From: Octopus sinensis
Lineage: Eukaryota
Direction of reading: 5' to 3'
Assembly: GCF_006345805.1 (NCBI RefSeq)
Contig: NC_042997.1
Location: 166,098,001 to 166,162,000 of the forward strand
Length of the DNA stretch: 64,000 nucleotides
In this document: positions 25,712-39,176 of the stretch, piece after piece
How positions within the stretch are numbered: position 1 is the stretch's first letter
Layout: each line of letters opens with the position of its first letter
Position numbers and translations under genes: made by a program
The notes under the pieces: model-generated
Database searches by the model: none
What the model saw: the letters and a program-made list of their open reading frames with translations, nothing else
What the model was told of the DNA's origin: nothing

Positions 25712-26543
25712 AAGAAAGAAAGAAAGAAAGAAAGAAAGGAAGGAAGAAAAAATAAAGAGAGCGAAAGAAGGAATGAATGAGAGAATGAATGAAAGAAAGA
25801 AAGAAAGAAGAAAATGCAGAAAGATAATAAAGAAGGCGGGAAAGTGTGAGTGCATGTGCACGCGTGTGTGTATGTTAGGACAGGAATTGGCTAGCAATAA
25901 TATCATTTATTTCATGTCACTGGCAGAGATAGGACAAAATAGAATTTACAAATTTTCTTTCAGAAAATCATCTTTGTAAAGAGTTCGGCTATCAAAGAAA
26001 GCGAAAGAAAATATACATTAACTCCACCGAGGATTTGGAGTGATAGTTTTAGCCATGTTTCTCTTTTAATTATATTGTTAATTTCCGCTTAAATACTATT
26101 AAATACTATTTAAGATCTAGGTTCCTTATAGCTGTGTTCTGAAGAATACTAAAGCCACTATTTCAAAACCAACAAGGGCCAACATATACTTTCATTTTTT
26201 TTTCATGTATGTGAGCGGGGAGGATAGAATAACAAATACTAGACTAGATATAATAGATAATTCCAGTCCTAAGTTCTCGCCTGGTGCCTACGGTTAGAAA
26301 AAGAAAAGGAAAACAATTGTTACAGATAACATTTTCATGATCTGAGGTCTTTTCACGTACAAGCAAAATAGAATAAAGATTCTGTCCAGAAATATGACTA
26401 ATGGTCGCCGACAATGGATTTGGACTAATAATCATTTAGACCAATACAATATACACTTGACTATATCACATCTATGCTAATCCACGTTGAGAAAAACATG
26501 AACACCACACAAACTCGATCATTAACACCACGCTATAAAGCAA

Positions 26544-26775
26544 GGCGGCGAGCTGGCAGAAATGTTAGCACGCCGAGCGAAATGCTTAGCAGTATTTCGT
26601 CTGTCGCTACGTTCTGAGTTCAAATTCCGCTGAGGTCAACTTTGCCTTTCATCCTTTCGGGGTCGATCAAATAAGTACCAGTTACGCACTGGGGTCGATG
26701 TAATCGACTTAATCCGTTTGTCTGTCCTTGTTTGTCCCGTCTGTGTGTAGCCCCATGTGGGCAGTAAAGAAATAG
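26544..26775 (+). mobile_element. Full-length SINE-A
   Basis: Head, core and tail intact. Confidence 0.9.
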
Positions 26776-26885
26776 ATATAAAACTTATATATCACGAGTT
26801 ATCAAAGGAGTCTCCATACTCTCCTTGCCAAACTTACAGCCAAGTTTCCTTCGAATTTTACCCAACCGTCTCAAAATTGGATGAA

Positions 26886-27125
26886 TACGAAGTCTTATCA
26901 AAAAGTATCGGGCCTGGTGCTATAAAAAGAAACTACAGCCCATATCAATTCGGCATTTAATATCCTTCGAAGGGGTTCCCTTCTGAAGCTACACACGTTA
27001 CCCAGTGACGTTTCCATTGATGGAAGCATTCCTGGAACTACCTTTTTGAGGACAACGAGCAGCTGCCTCGTCGCGTTCTCTTGGATTCCATCTATGTCTT
27101 CAAATCTTCCTTTCAAGAGGGATTT
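26886..27125 (-). mobile_element. Mariner transposon 3' end with terminal inverted repeat (TIR)
   Basis: KGRFEDIDGIQENATRQLL matches the mariner transposase C-terminus. Terminus ta|cgaagtcttatcaaaaagtatcggg is mariner-TIR-like. Confidence 0.8.
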
Positions 27126-28185
27126 GATTTTTGGAAAGAATCTTGGCCATGATAACCTTCAGCCCGTGTCTCTTTTCACGCACGCACTTAAACTCACACA
27201 CATGCGCACGCTTTCGCACGCACACTTACTTTCTCCACCGTGATTACTGATGGAAACTCGGTGATGTAACGAGACGACTGCACTCGATGCACTTTACATC
27301 CAAGCACTGCTATAAACAATGAAATGAGGGAGAATTGTACAACTTTGTGTTCATACACGACAGAGTTCAATCTGTGCCAAGCAGCTTCACAGCGTACTTT
27401 AGCTCTGCTACCATAGCCACAGTCCCGATATTTTTTATCAGACCTAGTATATCGAATAAATCAATCTTGAATGTAATATGCCAGAAAAAAAAAAAAAGAT
27501 TGAGATGATCACAACTGACATGGCGGTTGGACGATGGTTCGTCACAGAGAAATATAACTTTCATGCATCAGCGTCATCAGAATACAACAGAAGTCTCTGC
27601 ATGAAACAAATTCTAAAACTCTCATAAGAACTGCAACTACCGTGCTCTCTCTGATTACATCTTGTTTGCTTTCGCTGTGGCCACCACTAGAATCTGAAGA
27701 TGTACAGAAATAGGCAGCATAGAAGAGAGACTGCAACACATCCACACTGTCCCTTGCAATTCATAAGTGCATATCGAAATGACAGTATAGTGCTCAGTGA
27801 GATAGAGGTTTGATTAACTAAAAAAACAGATTTGTAGTACCGTATCTAATCGTCTAATAGTCTAATAATCTTAACGTTCAGTTTATTACCTGCGTACCAT
27901 AGATTTCTTAAACATGTCCGCGTTGTCACACTGCAGCGTCATATTATTCATCACTTCATTTTGGATCGTACAGTATGGTCTTCAGTTAGGTCGAAGCAAG
28001 CATAGTGTGACTGAGACACGTTCTAAATGTTCACTCTACTAACTACATACCATTGATCAAAGTTGACAACATCAAATCTTGCAAAGTGATGTAGTGCGAA
28101 TCCTTTTTGTTGTCAGCCCATCTTACACACCTAATTTACATATTTGTTGTCACGTCCTTTATTCATTATCATTACTTGGAGCTTG

Positions 28186-28610
28186 AAAGCGGCAAGATGG
28201 CAGGATCGTTAGCACACCGAGCAAAATGCTTAGCATCATTTGGTCTATTTTTACGTTCTGAGTTCTCATTCTACCGTACCGACTTCGCCTTTCACCCTTT
28301 TGAGGTCGATAAAATAAGTACCAGTTAAGCACTGGTGTCGATGTAATCAGTTTACCTCCTCCCTCTAAATTGCTAGCTTTGTGCCAAAATTTGAAACCAA
28401 TATTACTAGGTACTTTGAAACGGCGAGCTGGTAGAATCGTTACTGCGCCGTACAAAATGCTTATCGGCATTCCATTTGACTTAACGTTCTGAGTTCAAAT
28501 TCCGCGGGCGTCGACTTGGCCTTTTATCCTTTCAGAGTCGATGAAAGTAGTAGTTGTTTCATTAGGATCAGCTGGCCTTGTACCAAAACTTGAAACCCGT
28601 TCTACTAGGT
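28186..28610 (+). mobile_element. Two diverged SINE-A copies (alternative tail)
   Basis: Heads at ~28186 and ~28420, core motifs and tgtgccaaaatttgaaacc-type tails. Confidence 0.75.
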
Positions 28611-29109
28611 CCTTTCAAAGTGGCGTAAAGGTCCCTCCCAAAATATTCACACAACTTTTTTTCTATTTTAGCTTTCACCAAAGAGACAGAAATATTATTT
28701 AATCAGATATATCATAGATATAATAATTCAGTGACAGAGCGCCGTAAGGTAAGAGCAAAGCATATGGCGAACCTGTCTGAATTCTTAATTGTAACCATTT
28801 CACTTTAATTACGCTTCAGAACTTTCTCTTCTCTACAAATTGAAAGGCTTGTGTTTAGCGACCATTATATCACATCAAGAAATCCAGTGAGGTGTCGGGA
28901 ACGATAAATCGTTGGGCTTAAACGCCTGCGAAATTAATTACGTTCTAAGTTCAAATCACGCCGGTTCGACTTCACCCTTCATCACCTTGGGTGGTCGGTA
29001 AAATACGTACTGGGGTCGATTCCATCGCCGATAAACTTCTATTAATTAGTACTAAACTAAGGAATTATTTTACATCAATTAAAAAGTTTTATTTCAGCAC
29101 CAAATCCTT

Positions 29110-29188
29110 TATGTATGTATGTATGTATGTAGTATGTATGTATGTATGTATGTATGTACGTATGTACGTATGTACGTATGTATGTATG

Positions 29189-29219
<31 letters not shown>

Positions 29220-29328
29220 TGTATGTATGTATGTATGTATGTATGTATGTATGTATGTACGTATGTACGTATGTATGTATGTACGTATGTATGTATGTAT
29301 GTATGTATGTATGTATGTATGTATGTAT
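29110..29328. repeat. (TATG)n microsatellite
   Basis: Direct observation. Confidence 0.95.
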
Positions 29329-29548
29329 ATAATTCTGTCTGCCTGTCTTTCTTTTCCATCTGTTTGTTTATTTTATTTCATTTTATTTTATTTTACTTTA
29401 TTTTACATCATTTGCTGGCATATTTTTCTTTTCTCTTTCATCTGTAAACATTTTAATAATGTCAGCCAACTGCCAACAGGTCTTGTCAGTGACAACGCCT
29501 TCTTCGCTACATGTATTTGCGTCTACATGTGTATGCGAAAGTGGGGGA

Positions 29549-29653
<105 letters not shown>

Positions 29654-30440
29654 CGCTCGCGTGTTTGTATAAGTTGTAGTTTATTAGCATCCATCTTTTT
29701 GTTGATACAAAAATGTAAATTTATATCGCAGAAAGTAGTTAAAAAAAAATTCAACAGTATTTTGTTATAACCAATGGGATGGTATGTAACAAGTATTATC
29801 TTGTACCAGATACATTGAGTATTTATTTATAACCAATGAGATAACATGAAAGTTATTTTCTCTCTTCCCTCTCGCTCGTTCTTTCTGTCTCTGCCCCCCC
29901 TTCTCCTTCTTCCTGTTACACACAGTTATACACATAGACACACAGACATACAAACACACAAAAGAACCCAACACATACGCACACGCACGCACGCACACAG
30001 TTCTGGTATTTCAGTTTAACCAATCAGAATCTAAGCAACAATCGTTTTCTGATTGTCAGCTGGATTTGAGATTAGCATTCCAGATACAAAGATAAACATT
30101 CATAGTCAAAATTATAAACTGTCATAAGTTTGCATATATTAAAGTCCTTATATGCAAATGTATGCTTATATATGCAAATGTGTGCAAGCACACATACATA
30201 CGTACGTACATACACACATACATACATAAATACATACATACATACATAACACATATATATAGCATACATATATGCATGCATACATACATATATAACATAA
30301 ATTACATATATAATATAAATACATACATATATTAAAGCCCACATATGCAAATGCATGTTTATTACATACATACATAACATAGCATGCATGTATACATATA
30401 TACATGCATGCATGCATACATACATACATACATACATACA

Positions 30441-30473
<33 letters not shown>

Positions 30474-30499
30474 TGAGGCCCATGTCTGCAAATACATGT

Positions 30500-31265
30500 T
30501 CATTACATGCATACAAAATGTAAACACAATAGCCCTGATATAATGATTTGCGACAGAGAAGAGAAATTGTGTACAGTTGTGGAAATCAGCTGTTCAGCGG
30601 ATGTTAACATATAGCTGAACTATATAGAAATCTGCAGTTACTCTATCCAGATTAAAAGTTCAGGTTTATACCTGTAATTATTGAAGCATTGGGGGCATGT
30701 AACACCCTGCTTATATACCAATCTTGAGAAATTAGGCTTCTCAAAACCAGAAAGGAGAAAACTAATTCAAAGACTACAGATCCAAGCCATCACTGGAACA
30801 GTAAAAATCTGTAAAACTTTCCAGAAGTTTATCATTTAAGTATTTATGAGCATATCAAGTATATTTGAGCATACCACACCTATATATACATACATGTATA
30901 CATACATACATGCATACATACATACATACATACATAAATACATACATACATACATACATACATACATACATACATACATACATACATACATACATACATA
31001 CATACATACATACAAAAGCACCTTGTTGTTGATGTTGAACTTCCAACGAAGGAGCCTTGGATCAAGGTTAGAAACCGACTCTTTCTCTATTGGCAAGAAA
31101 TCTTGAAATAAAACTGAATAATTACATACATACATACATACATACAGACAGACAGACAGACATACAAAAGCACTTTGTTGTTGCTGTTGAACTTCCAACG
31201 AAGGAGCCTTGGATCAAGGTTAGAAACCGGCTCTTTCTCTATCTTGAAATAAAACTGAATAATGA
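30500..31265 (+). mobile_element. 5'-truncated R4/Dong-type LINE (RLE domain + 3' end) set in a (TACA)n array, 3' terminal block duplicated
   Basis: HNSPDIMICDREEKLCTVVEISC is a PD..E restriction-like endonuclease motif, followed by AITGTVKICKTFQKFII*. A ~110-bp block (aaggagccttggatcaaggttagaaacc...aaataaaactgaataa) occurs at ~31010-31122 and ~31160-31263. Confidence 0.75.
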
Positions 31266-32129
31266 CATACATACATACATACATACATACATACATACAT
31301 ACATAATACATACATACATACATACATACATACGCGTATATTTACATACGTACAGACAGACATATATCAACGAAAATGGGCTCAGATAAATAACTGAGAG
31401 TGACAAGTTGCATGTATATAAACAATAAGCATAAATAAAAGTATATCAAGTCCCATACAAGATAAATTCATGGTTTATTGAAATTATCTTCTCTTCGACA
31501 AAATAGTGCCGTGTGGTAATTGAAACCAGCGATAAATGAGAATGGGCGAGAATCTCGAGAATGAAGAATTGTCCGAAATTAACATGCTACTAAGGAAAAA
31601 CCAATCTGATTGTTAAGAGTCAAAAGACTGCAGTGAACTTATGTTTGTGTCTCCATAGGTATCATTACTACAGCAGTTGTCCTACATTGAATCCAACAGA
31701 CGAGAGATTAAATATCTCCTTAGTTGAACAACAACGAGAAATTAAATATCTCCTTAGTTCTACATTCATGTATATCTAATCCACATATGCACTCTGTGGG
31801 GCACTTATGTCTTGTTATCGAGTATATATGAAGTTAATTCATTTTGTACACCACCCAATGAGAGATATTGTTCTGGAAGCAACATTTTCTAGCAGTTACA
31901 TGTTAAAAGGTTACACCACGCATATTTCTTTTGCATCGATGATCAGAATTTTCCTGTTTACCTTTTGTTTTTTTAAACTGGTGTAACTCCCACCGCCAGA
32001 AAAAATTACATACTAAAATAATAAAGAAAGCATTCATAGCCTTCAGGTAAGTAGGATAATCTAAAGGAAAATAGGTCCAGAGAAATAACTCAGAGTAGCC
32101 AGAGGCATGAACATAATAAGCCCTTCTGT

Positions 32130-32560
32130 AATAGGCACAAAGCCTGAAATTTTGGGAGAAGGGGCGAATCGATTACGTAGACCTCCAGTACTTAACTGGT
32201 ACTTATTTTATCGACTCCGAAAGGGATGAAAGGCACAGCTAAAATCAGCGAAACTCAAAACGTAAAGCCCGGAAGTAATGCCTCTAAACATTTTGTCCGG
32301 CGTGGCAACGATTCTTATTTCTTTACTGCCCACAAGGGGCTACACACAGAGGGGACAAACAAGGACAGACAAACAAGGACAGACAAACAGATTAAGTCGA
32401 TTATATCGACCCCAGTGCGTAACTGGTACTTATTTAATCGACCCCTAAAGGATGAAAGGCAAAGTCGACCTCAGCGGAATTTGAACTCAAAACGTAGCGA
32501 CAGACGAAATACTGCTAAGCATTTCGCTCGGCGTGGCAACGATTCTGCCAACTCGCCGCT
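32130..32560 (-). mobile_element. SINE-A copies (one full-length at 32325-32560, one degenerate)
   Basis: Reverse complement of head, core and tail. Confidence 0.8.
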
Positions 32561-32861
32561 TTAGGCATTGATATAATAATGAAGGCAAATAATGGTATAT
32601 CAAATACCACACAAGATAAATCTTAACAGTCGGCTCGTCATTTACTGTTTCGAAATCCATCATAAATGTTCGATTACATTGAAATCCAATGATTGTGAGG
32701 ACCAATCCAAGTGGTCTATTCCCTTTTGTGCCCTTCGTACCAATTTTGAATAGCACTAACTGTGTGAATCCTGCTAATTATCATCCTAGAAGATTGCACT
32801 TACATCAGTGAACAATGTTTGTGCCATAGGATGGATATGATCATCTAAAAGACTCAGATAT

Positions 32862-33150
32862 GTTTCTTTATTAGCCACACAGGGCTGCACACAGACGGGA
32901 CAAATTACAAGGTAGAGCTTTTCTTTTGGGGGAGAAAGAAAAAGAATGGTAGGTTTTCGAACAAAAGGGATCGTAAACGGAAAGAAAAAAGAAAGCGAAG
33001 GAGGCAAGAAGGGAAAAGGGTGGGGGAGAAAAAACGATCAATAGGGATCGTGTATCACAGAATTGTCATGATATAAAGTGTAAAGGGGGAAACAGATGAG
33101 GTTTATCTGTGGAAAGAAAAGCCTACGGAAAAGACCACGGTAACCTCGGT
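32862..33150 (-). mobile_element. LINE-like 3' UTR fragment whose last ~50 nt match the SINE-A tail
   Basis: Minus strand ends ccttgtaatttgtcccgtctgtgtgcagccctgtgtggctaataaagaaac. No SINE head or core upstream. Confidence 0.6.
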
Positions 33151-33360
33151 CAATAATGTCACATGTTAACACATTTATTTGCAAGTAAGTAACTCTCTAT
33201 TTTAAATTTTTCTGGGTTCACAGGATCATACTGAAGGTGGTTTCATCATTCATACGTGCCATCCTTGCTACATACACTCACCCATCTTTTTTTGGAACAT
33301 TCGCTAGACAAGACTTGCCTCTCTACTCTCACTTTCATTTTCATAATCATTAGCGTTAAC

Positions 33361-33830
33361 TTAGCCATGAAAAACAACTAAAGGACCAAGAAAATGCTGC
33401 GATATGGTTGCCCAAATTATCGCAAACCCACCTCCATTTTTCACGATAGGAACCAAATAATCAGGTCTGAAGGTTTCTTTTGAATGATCCCGAGACATAA
33501 TCTTGCCCAGAAGCGAGGAAAAAGTGGTGAATGTTGATTCAACAGAAAAGATGAAATTGTTGCATTGAACCATTGACCAGTTCTGATCATCTAGACACCA
33601 GTGTTTCTGTTTAGCAATGCTGATGGGAAACAGGAGAGGTTTAGCAATTGCAGCTCTCCCACGGTATCTAGCTTTATGGAGCTCACAGCAAGCGGTTTTG
33701 GTTAACACAGCCTTAACATAGTAGTAATTTGGCTCTGCTTGCAATTTTGCTGCCATAGTTCGATGGTTTTTAGACAAAATATGTTTCAGTATTCTGTGAT
33801 CTCTGTGTGAGCTTTGCCTTCCATCCACCT
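33361..33830 (-). mobile_element. Tc1-like transposase relic
   Basis: 155-aa ORF with RGRAAIAKPLL, FSVESTF (WSDES-like) and LVPIVKNGGGFAIIWATIS (PTVKHGGGSVMIWG-like). Confidence 0.85.
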
Positions 33831-34319
33831 ACCTACCAATCTACATATATACATACATGAATACATACATACATATTTACATACACACATACAAGCATGC
33901 ATGCATACATACATACATACATACATACATACATACATACATACATACATACATACATACATACATACATACATACATACGTATATGTATGTGTTAGTGT
34001 ACGACTATGCCTATGTGTTGGGAGATTTATATGAATATATAAATATGTATTACTGAATAATGCTTTATTAGATGTTACGACCAATTTTATTAATTCGCAT
34101 AAGATTTTTACACAACTTGTATTATAATCTATTCGATTATAAGAGTACTGGGTACCTGGTAGTAAGATTAGCCAGGTAGCAAGAGTAGTACATTACACTA
34201 CAATCCAGCATTTCAAGTGTTTGACGTCAAATGCTTTCAGGCTATCAATTTCTGTTTCAATGATTCTGAACATACTCTATTACTATAGTAGTACCCTCTC
34301 AATATACTTATGATTTTAA

Positions 34320-34520
34320 GGCGGCGAGATAGCAGAAACGTTAGAAACTGAGCGAAATGCGTAGCCGTATTACGTCTGCCGCTACGTTCTGAGTTCAAAT
34401 TCCGCCGAGGTCGACTTTGCCTTTCATCCTTTCGGGGTCGGTAAATTGCGTACTGGGGTCGATCTAATCGACGAACACTCCCCCAAAATATTTCGGTCCT
34501 TGTACCTATAGTAGAAAAGA
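34320..34520 (+). mobile_element. SINE-A with internal deletion and alternative tail
   Basis: Head ggcggcgagatagcagaaacgttag, box B and core. Confidence 0.8.
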
Positions 34521-36699
34521 ATATATTTATGATTTTTTTTTTTATGAATGACTGCACGTTTAAAGCTAATCCGATACTAGGAATATACCCATGATCCACA
34601 ACACTTTAAATTAAAGAAATTCAATGAGAAGGTCGAATGGCAATTTTAAACACCCAAATTTACTTTATTTTTATCGAATGCTATTAAGTCGACTTACCGT
34701 TCTCTTTTTCTATTTCAAAAGATTAAATTCGTCATACAATTATTGTGATTTATTTATTTTTATTTATTTTCTTCCGTATTCATAAGATCGGTTAAGCGAG
34801 TTATTACTGCTTTTTATTGATATATTACAAATACCAGAATGTTAACCATCACATTAGGGGGTTTAAATAAGTAAGTTTATAATGCACTATTTTTGCTAAA
34901 CTTTATGCTGTTAAGCAAAGTTGCAGCACGAATAACAAGTCTAAATGAATAGAATAACATTTTAAACATTAGACTACAAAAACAAATTTACATTATGATA
35001 GGTTTGTGTAAGGCGTTGAGCTGGCAGAATCATTAGCTCGCCGAAAAAAATGCGACTTCTTCGCAAAAACTACTGGCCCAGTTCCAAAACTTTTAAACCA
35101 TTGTATTAGGTTTGTGCATCAGGAGAAAATAGTTAGATGGTGCATCTTCGTTGCCAATTTGTGCAATATACCTTATAAGTTTTGCTCTTTTATGTTTTGT
35201 TTGAAGTTAAATGAGGATCCCTAGCAGAGAGGTCTACCATATGCGTATGGATCGGGGAAGCAAAAAGGCAACAGCCCTCCGAGATTAGAACAAAAATAAT
35301 GAGAATAATTCGAGCGAACCAAGAAGAAAAAAATATTAGATAAAGAAGACAAATTAGCAATGATAGTAAATTAATTGCCTGCTAATGGTTAGTTAAAATT
35401 ATTGATAAACAATAAGTTTAAATTTGTCCTCATTCGTCTTTTTCTGATTTCAGATATAGAAGAATTAAACAAGTGCTCTTTCATTAAGTTAAACCCTTCT
35501 TGCATTTTAGTTTCCTGGGGTTTCCAATCTTTCTGTATTTAATCTCTTATGTAACAGTATTTGAATGACTTCTGAATATGGAAAGTCGAGAATGCTTTCT
35601 CCAAAATCTATTTATAGTAATGTCGATCAGTACTATGTGATTAGTTACCCCAGTACATGTTCTGACCTTGAACGACAACGAATACGAATTATGTACACCA
35701 AATCTCATTATGGAGAAAGACGCAAAGGATTTCACGTCAACGCATCAAATGTGCAGAATGCGGCGAGCAAACAGACTCTGATTACAAAAGATAACAAGCT
35801 GATATTGTCCATGCCAGTCAGACTGTGACTTTTACATCAGTGTGCGAACTGACACCAAGCTTCAAATACAAAAGAGAACATAGGGCGCCAAATAGTTCAG
35901 ATAAGGAGGAAAGGGCTGATAACACTGGGGAACATGGTTTTTGCTGTCTGATGTTGGAGACATGTTTCCTAGTAATTTGTGGGTGCTGATTTCAAAAATT
36001 AAATCCATTTTGCTCTATCACGTCAAGACTTTTCACAAACTCAAATGTTCCTTTTTCAACATTTTCGGTATTGTCGCCATTTTTAAGGATAGGTTTGGCT
36101 TCATCAAATGTAGACCCATGTATGGAGCTTGAAATAACTGTGAAAATATAGTTTCTCAATATCGTTTAAAATAAATGTAACTACAAAAATGAAAACAAAA
36201 GACATGATTTAAGTATCTTCAGTAAATGAAAAACATCAAACTTGATGAACTTTCACTATTTTCAATCTAACCAGTTTAAAATGTCATGACGATGGCAGAA
36301 ATGTGCTTTATACAATTAGAAAATAAACAACAAATTTCTGTTGTTCTTGGCATCATTCCTATGGAATTTGTCAGTAAATATGCCCACTCTGTGCTGGATT
36401 TAGTGTGACTATCATTGCTAACCAGGCGAGATATATTTTGATGAACCTTTAACAATCCCTTATGAAAATTTGTATTTGTAACGTACCCTTAATGTTTTAA
36501 TTGTGTGGTCATATGTGTCAAGGTCACTTTTTATCAAGCATGGTCAAAAAAACAGTAGAAAAATCTTCAGAGTATGTATACTCTTTATGGAACTTTGCCA
36601 TCACAAATCTGCATTTGCATACTTTATAACTGTTGACAATTCTGAAAATGTTTCTCTCGAGTGACAACTGGTTTGAATATGTTTTGTATTTCATAAATA

Positions 36700-37295
36700 T
36701 GACCAGTTGTAAGAGGAAAAAATACAAAAACAGCCCCGATGTCCTCTATTATATTTGTGGATGTTACACTTCAACTAGATAGCGAAACAAAAACACAGAA
36801 TTTGTAAAGAAAGTTTACCTTACTTGCGTTAACTTGAAACTGGGTGATCATATAGTGTGTAAAACATGTTGAAACACTGAGATAATGTCTATTTCAAATA
36901 CTTAAGCAGAAAGCTTCTAGCTTTGTCGTGTACGAAAATTAAACTTGGTATGTTTGACGGACCACAGATTAGATGACTATTGCAGGACAAGCAGGTTTTG
37001 GAGACCATGCCTGGCGTTAAAAACGAAATATGAGTTGCTTTTTTCGCAGTTGTGTCTGATTTCCTGGGAAACAGGAAGTCATCAAATTATGAAGAACTTC
37101 TGCCAACCCTGTTAACCAGTTTTTGACTGCAGTATAAGTGTAAAAGTGCATTTCCTACACAGACATCTAGAGTGTAGTGTAATAAGTGATGAGCAAGGAA
37201 AAAAATTCCACCAAGACATCGATACCATGGAGACTAGATATCAAGACAAGTGGAACACAAACATGATAGCTGACTAATACTGGTCTCTACAATCA
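36700..37295 (+). mobile_element. Internally deleted Sola-like DNA transposase relic
   Basis: KNSPDVLYYICGCYT..EFVKKVYL..LKLGD, then SVKVHFLHRHL..SDEQGKKFHQDIDTMETRYQDKW..MIAD*YWSL. These match my recollection of Sola1 transposase motifs. Confidence 0.65.
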
Positions 37296-37309
37296 TGCAG
37301 AGCAATGAT

Positions 37310-37828
37310 CCCAAACATACCTACCATACCTTTAATCCAAAATTGGTTGATAAAAAACAAAGTAGTTGTACTCCCGTGGCCAGCTCAAAGTCCTGATTTA
37401 AACCCGATAGAAAACTGATGGTGGGCGCTAAAGACATGAGTGAAAGTAAGAAGGCCATCTAATTTGAAGCAGCTAAAAGAATATGCGATTGAAGAATGAG
37501 TTAAGATTTTTTCTGATCTGCCCTAGGAGCTATTTGAAAACTATCCTCGCAATATGAAGAAAATTATTAAGCATAAAGGATACACTATTGATCGAAAGTC
37601 ATCATCGAAAGTTGTAGAGGTGCTAATAATTTTGAACCAGCCAATTATATTTTTCTGTCTTGCTCCTTAAAATAAACTATTCAGGAAACTTAATTTTTAT
37701 ACCGTGTTCTTTAAACAACAGTGCCTACATTTACCAAAGATTATTTATGTAGACACTAACTTTAGCAGAAAATTCAATAAAAAGTCATTTTTGACAAGGG
37801 GTGTCAATAATTGTGTGCATGAGTGTAT
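37310..37828 (+). mobile_element. Tc1-like transposon 3' end with right TIR
   Basis: WPAQSPDLNPIEN motif. Terminus gggtgtcaataattgtgtgcatgagtg|ta. Confidence 0.85.
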
Positions 37829-38643
37829 AAATATGCATACATTATATGTATATATAAATATGCACATACATAATTATATGATATACATATACATATATGG
37901 AAGTGTATGTGTTTATATAGTGAGAGCTCTGTGTGTATATGTGCGATGAGCATCCGTAGTTTCCGTTTACCAAATTCCATTTATAAAACGTTGTTCAGCA
38001 GGAGGTTATAGCAAAACAAACATGCCGAAAGTGCCGCTCAACAGAATTGAATCCGAAACCACTTGATTGTAAAAGCAAACTTCCTAACCACGCAGCCATA
38101 CTTGTACCAAACAATATACTAAAAACAGAGGGGACCTATCATAATAGTCTTTTTATATTATAGGCACAAGGCCAGAATGTTTGGAGGAGGGGGCTTGTCG
38201 ATTACATCTCAATAAAGAACTGGTTCTTATTTCATTGACCCCCGAAGGGATGAAAAACACAGTCGACCTCGGCAGAATTTAGGATCACAACACAAAACCG
38301 AATGTAAAGATGCTAAACGTTTTGTCCGGGTTGCTAATTGTTCTGCCAGCTCGCCGCCTTAATAATAAATATAAAAGATTTCTAAAAGACTAATCTAGAT
38401 TTAGCTTATACTACTTGTCACCTTCTCTAGTCTATTCAAAAAAAAAAAAACTACTGCATCAACCATGTTTTTGTTAGATAAGAATCTTGGTCAAATTTGT
38501 TCAACTTTGCCAGACTAGATGTCATATGACCTGGAGCAACGGCTGCGCGTTGTTCGTGGATCTAACAGTAATTTCTCGATACAGATACAGATACACATAC
38601 ACATACATACATACATACATACATACATACATACATACATACA

Positions 38644-38677
<34 letters not shown>

Positions 38678-39056
38678 CATACATACATACATGTGTGTTG
38701 TTGTTTTACACGCATCATTTTTCATACAATTGAAAACAGCTTACATCAGTCAATTTATTCGTGTCACGTGTTTTTCTTTGGTTCGCGTCAACATTCTTTT
38801 GAGGATAAGGACATTCCCCTCCACCCACCCCCCACCTTTGACACATACACTCTTGTTCTCCACATATCATTCCGCTTGTTGCTACATTAATCTTAATTTA
38901 TTTCTGTATTTATTTCTGTTGCATCACGTGTCTCCCTTCCAATTCCAGTTAGCCTCATTTTTATTTTCTACCTACATCTAGCAATTTCCTCTTCTGCTCC
39001 TTCTTTTCCCTCGACCTTACATTCATTTTCCTTCTCCTCACATTCATTTCGTTAAT

Positions 39057-39176
39057 TCTTCTTCTTCTTCTTCTTCTTCTTCTTCTTCTTCTTCTTCTTC
39101 TTCTTCTTCTTCTTCTTCTTCTTCTTCTTCTTCTTCTTCTTCTTCTTCTTCTTCTTCTTCTTCTTCTTCTTCTTCT
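39057..39176. repeat. (TTC)n microsatellite
   Basis: Direct observation. It is the source of the poly-E ORF. Confidence 0.95.

Noticed and set aside
27542-27745. 67-aa minus-strand ORF upstream of the gene
   Set aside because: No motif and no convincing splice sites. Within chance expectation.
35565-35828. 87-aa plus-strand ORF
   Set aside because: No recognisable motif. All three frames stop shortly after the nearby acceptor. It lies among transposon debris.
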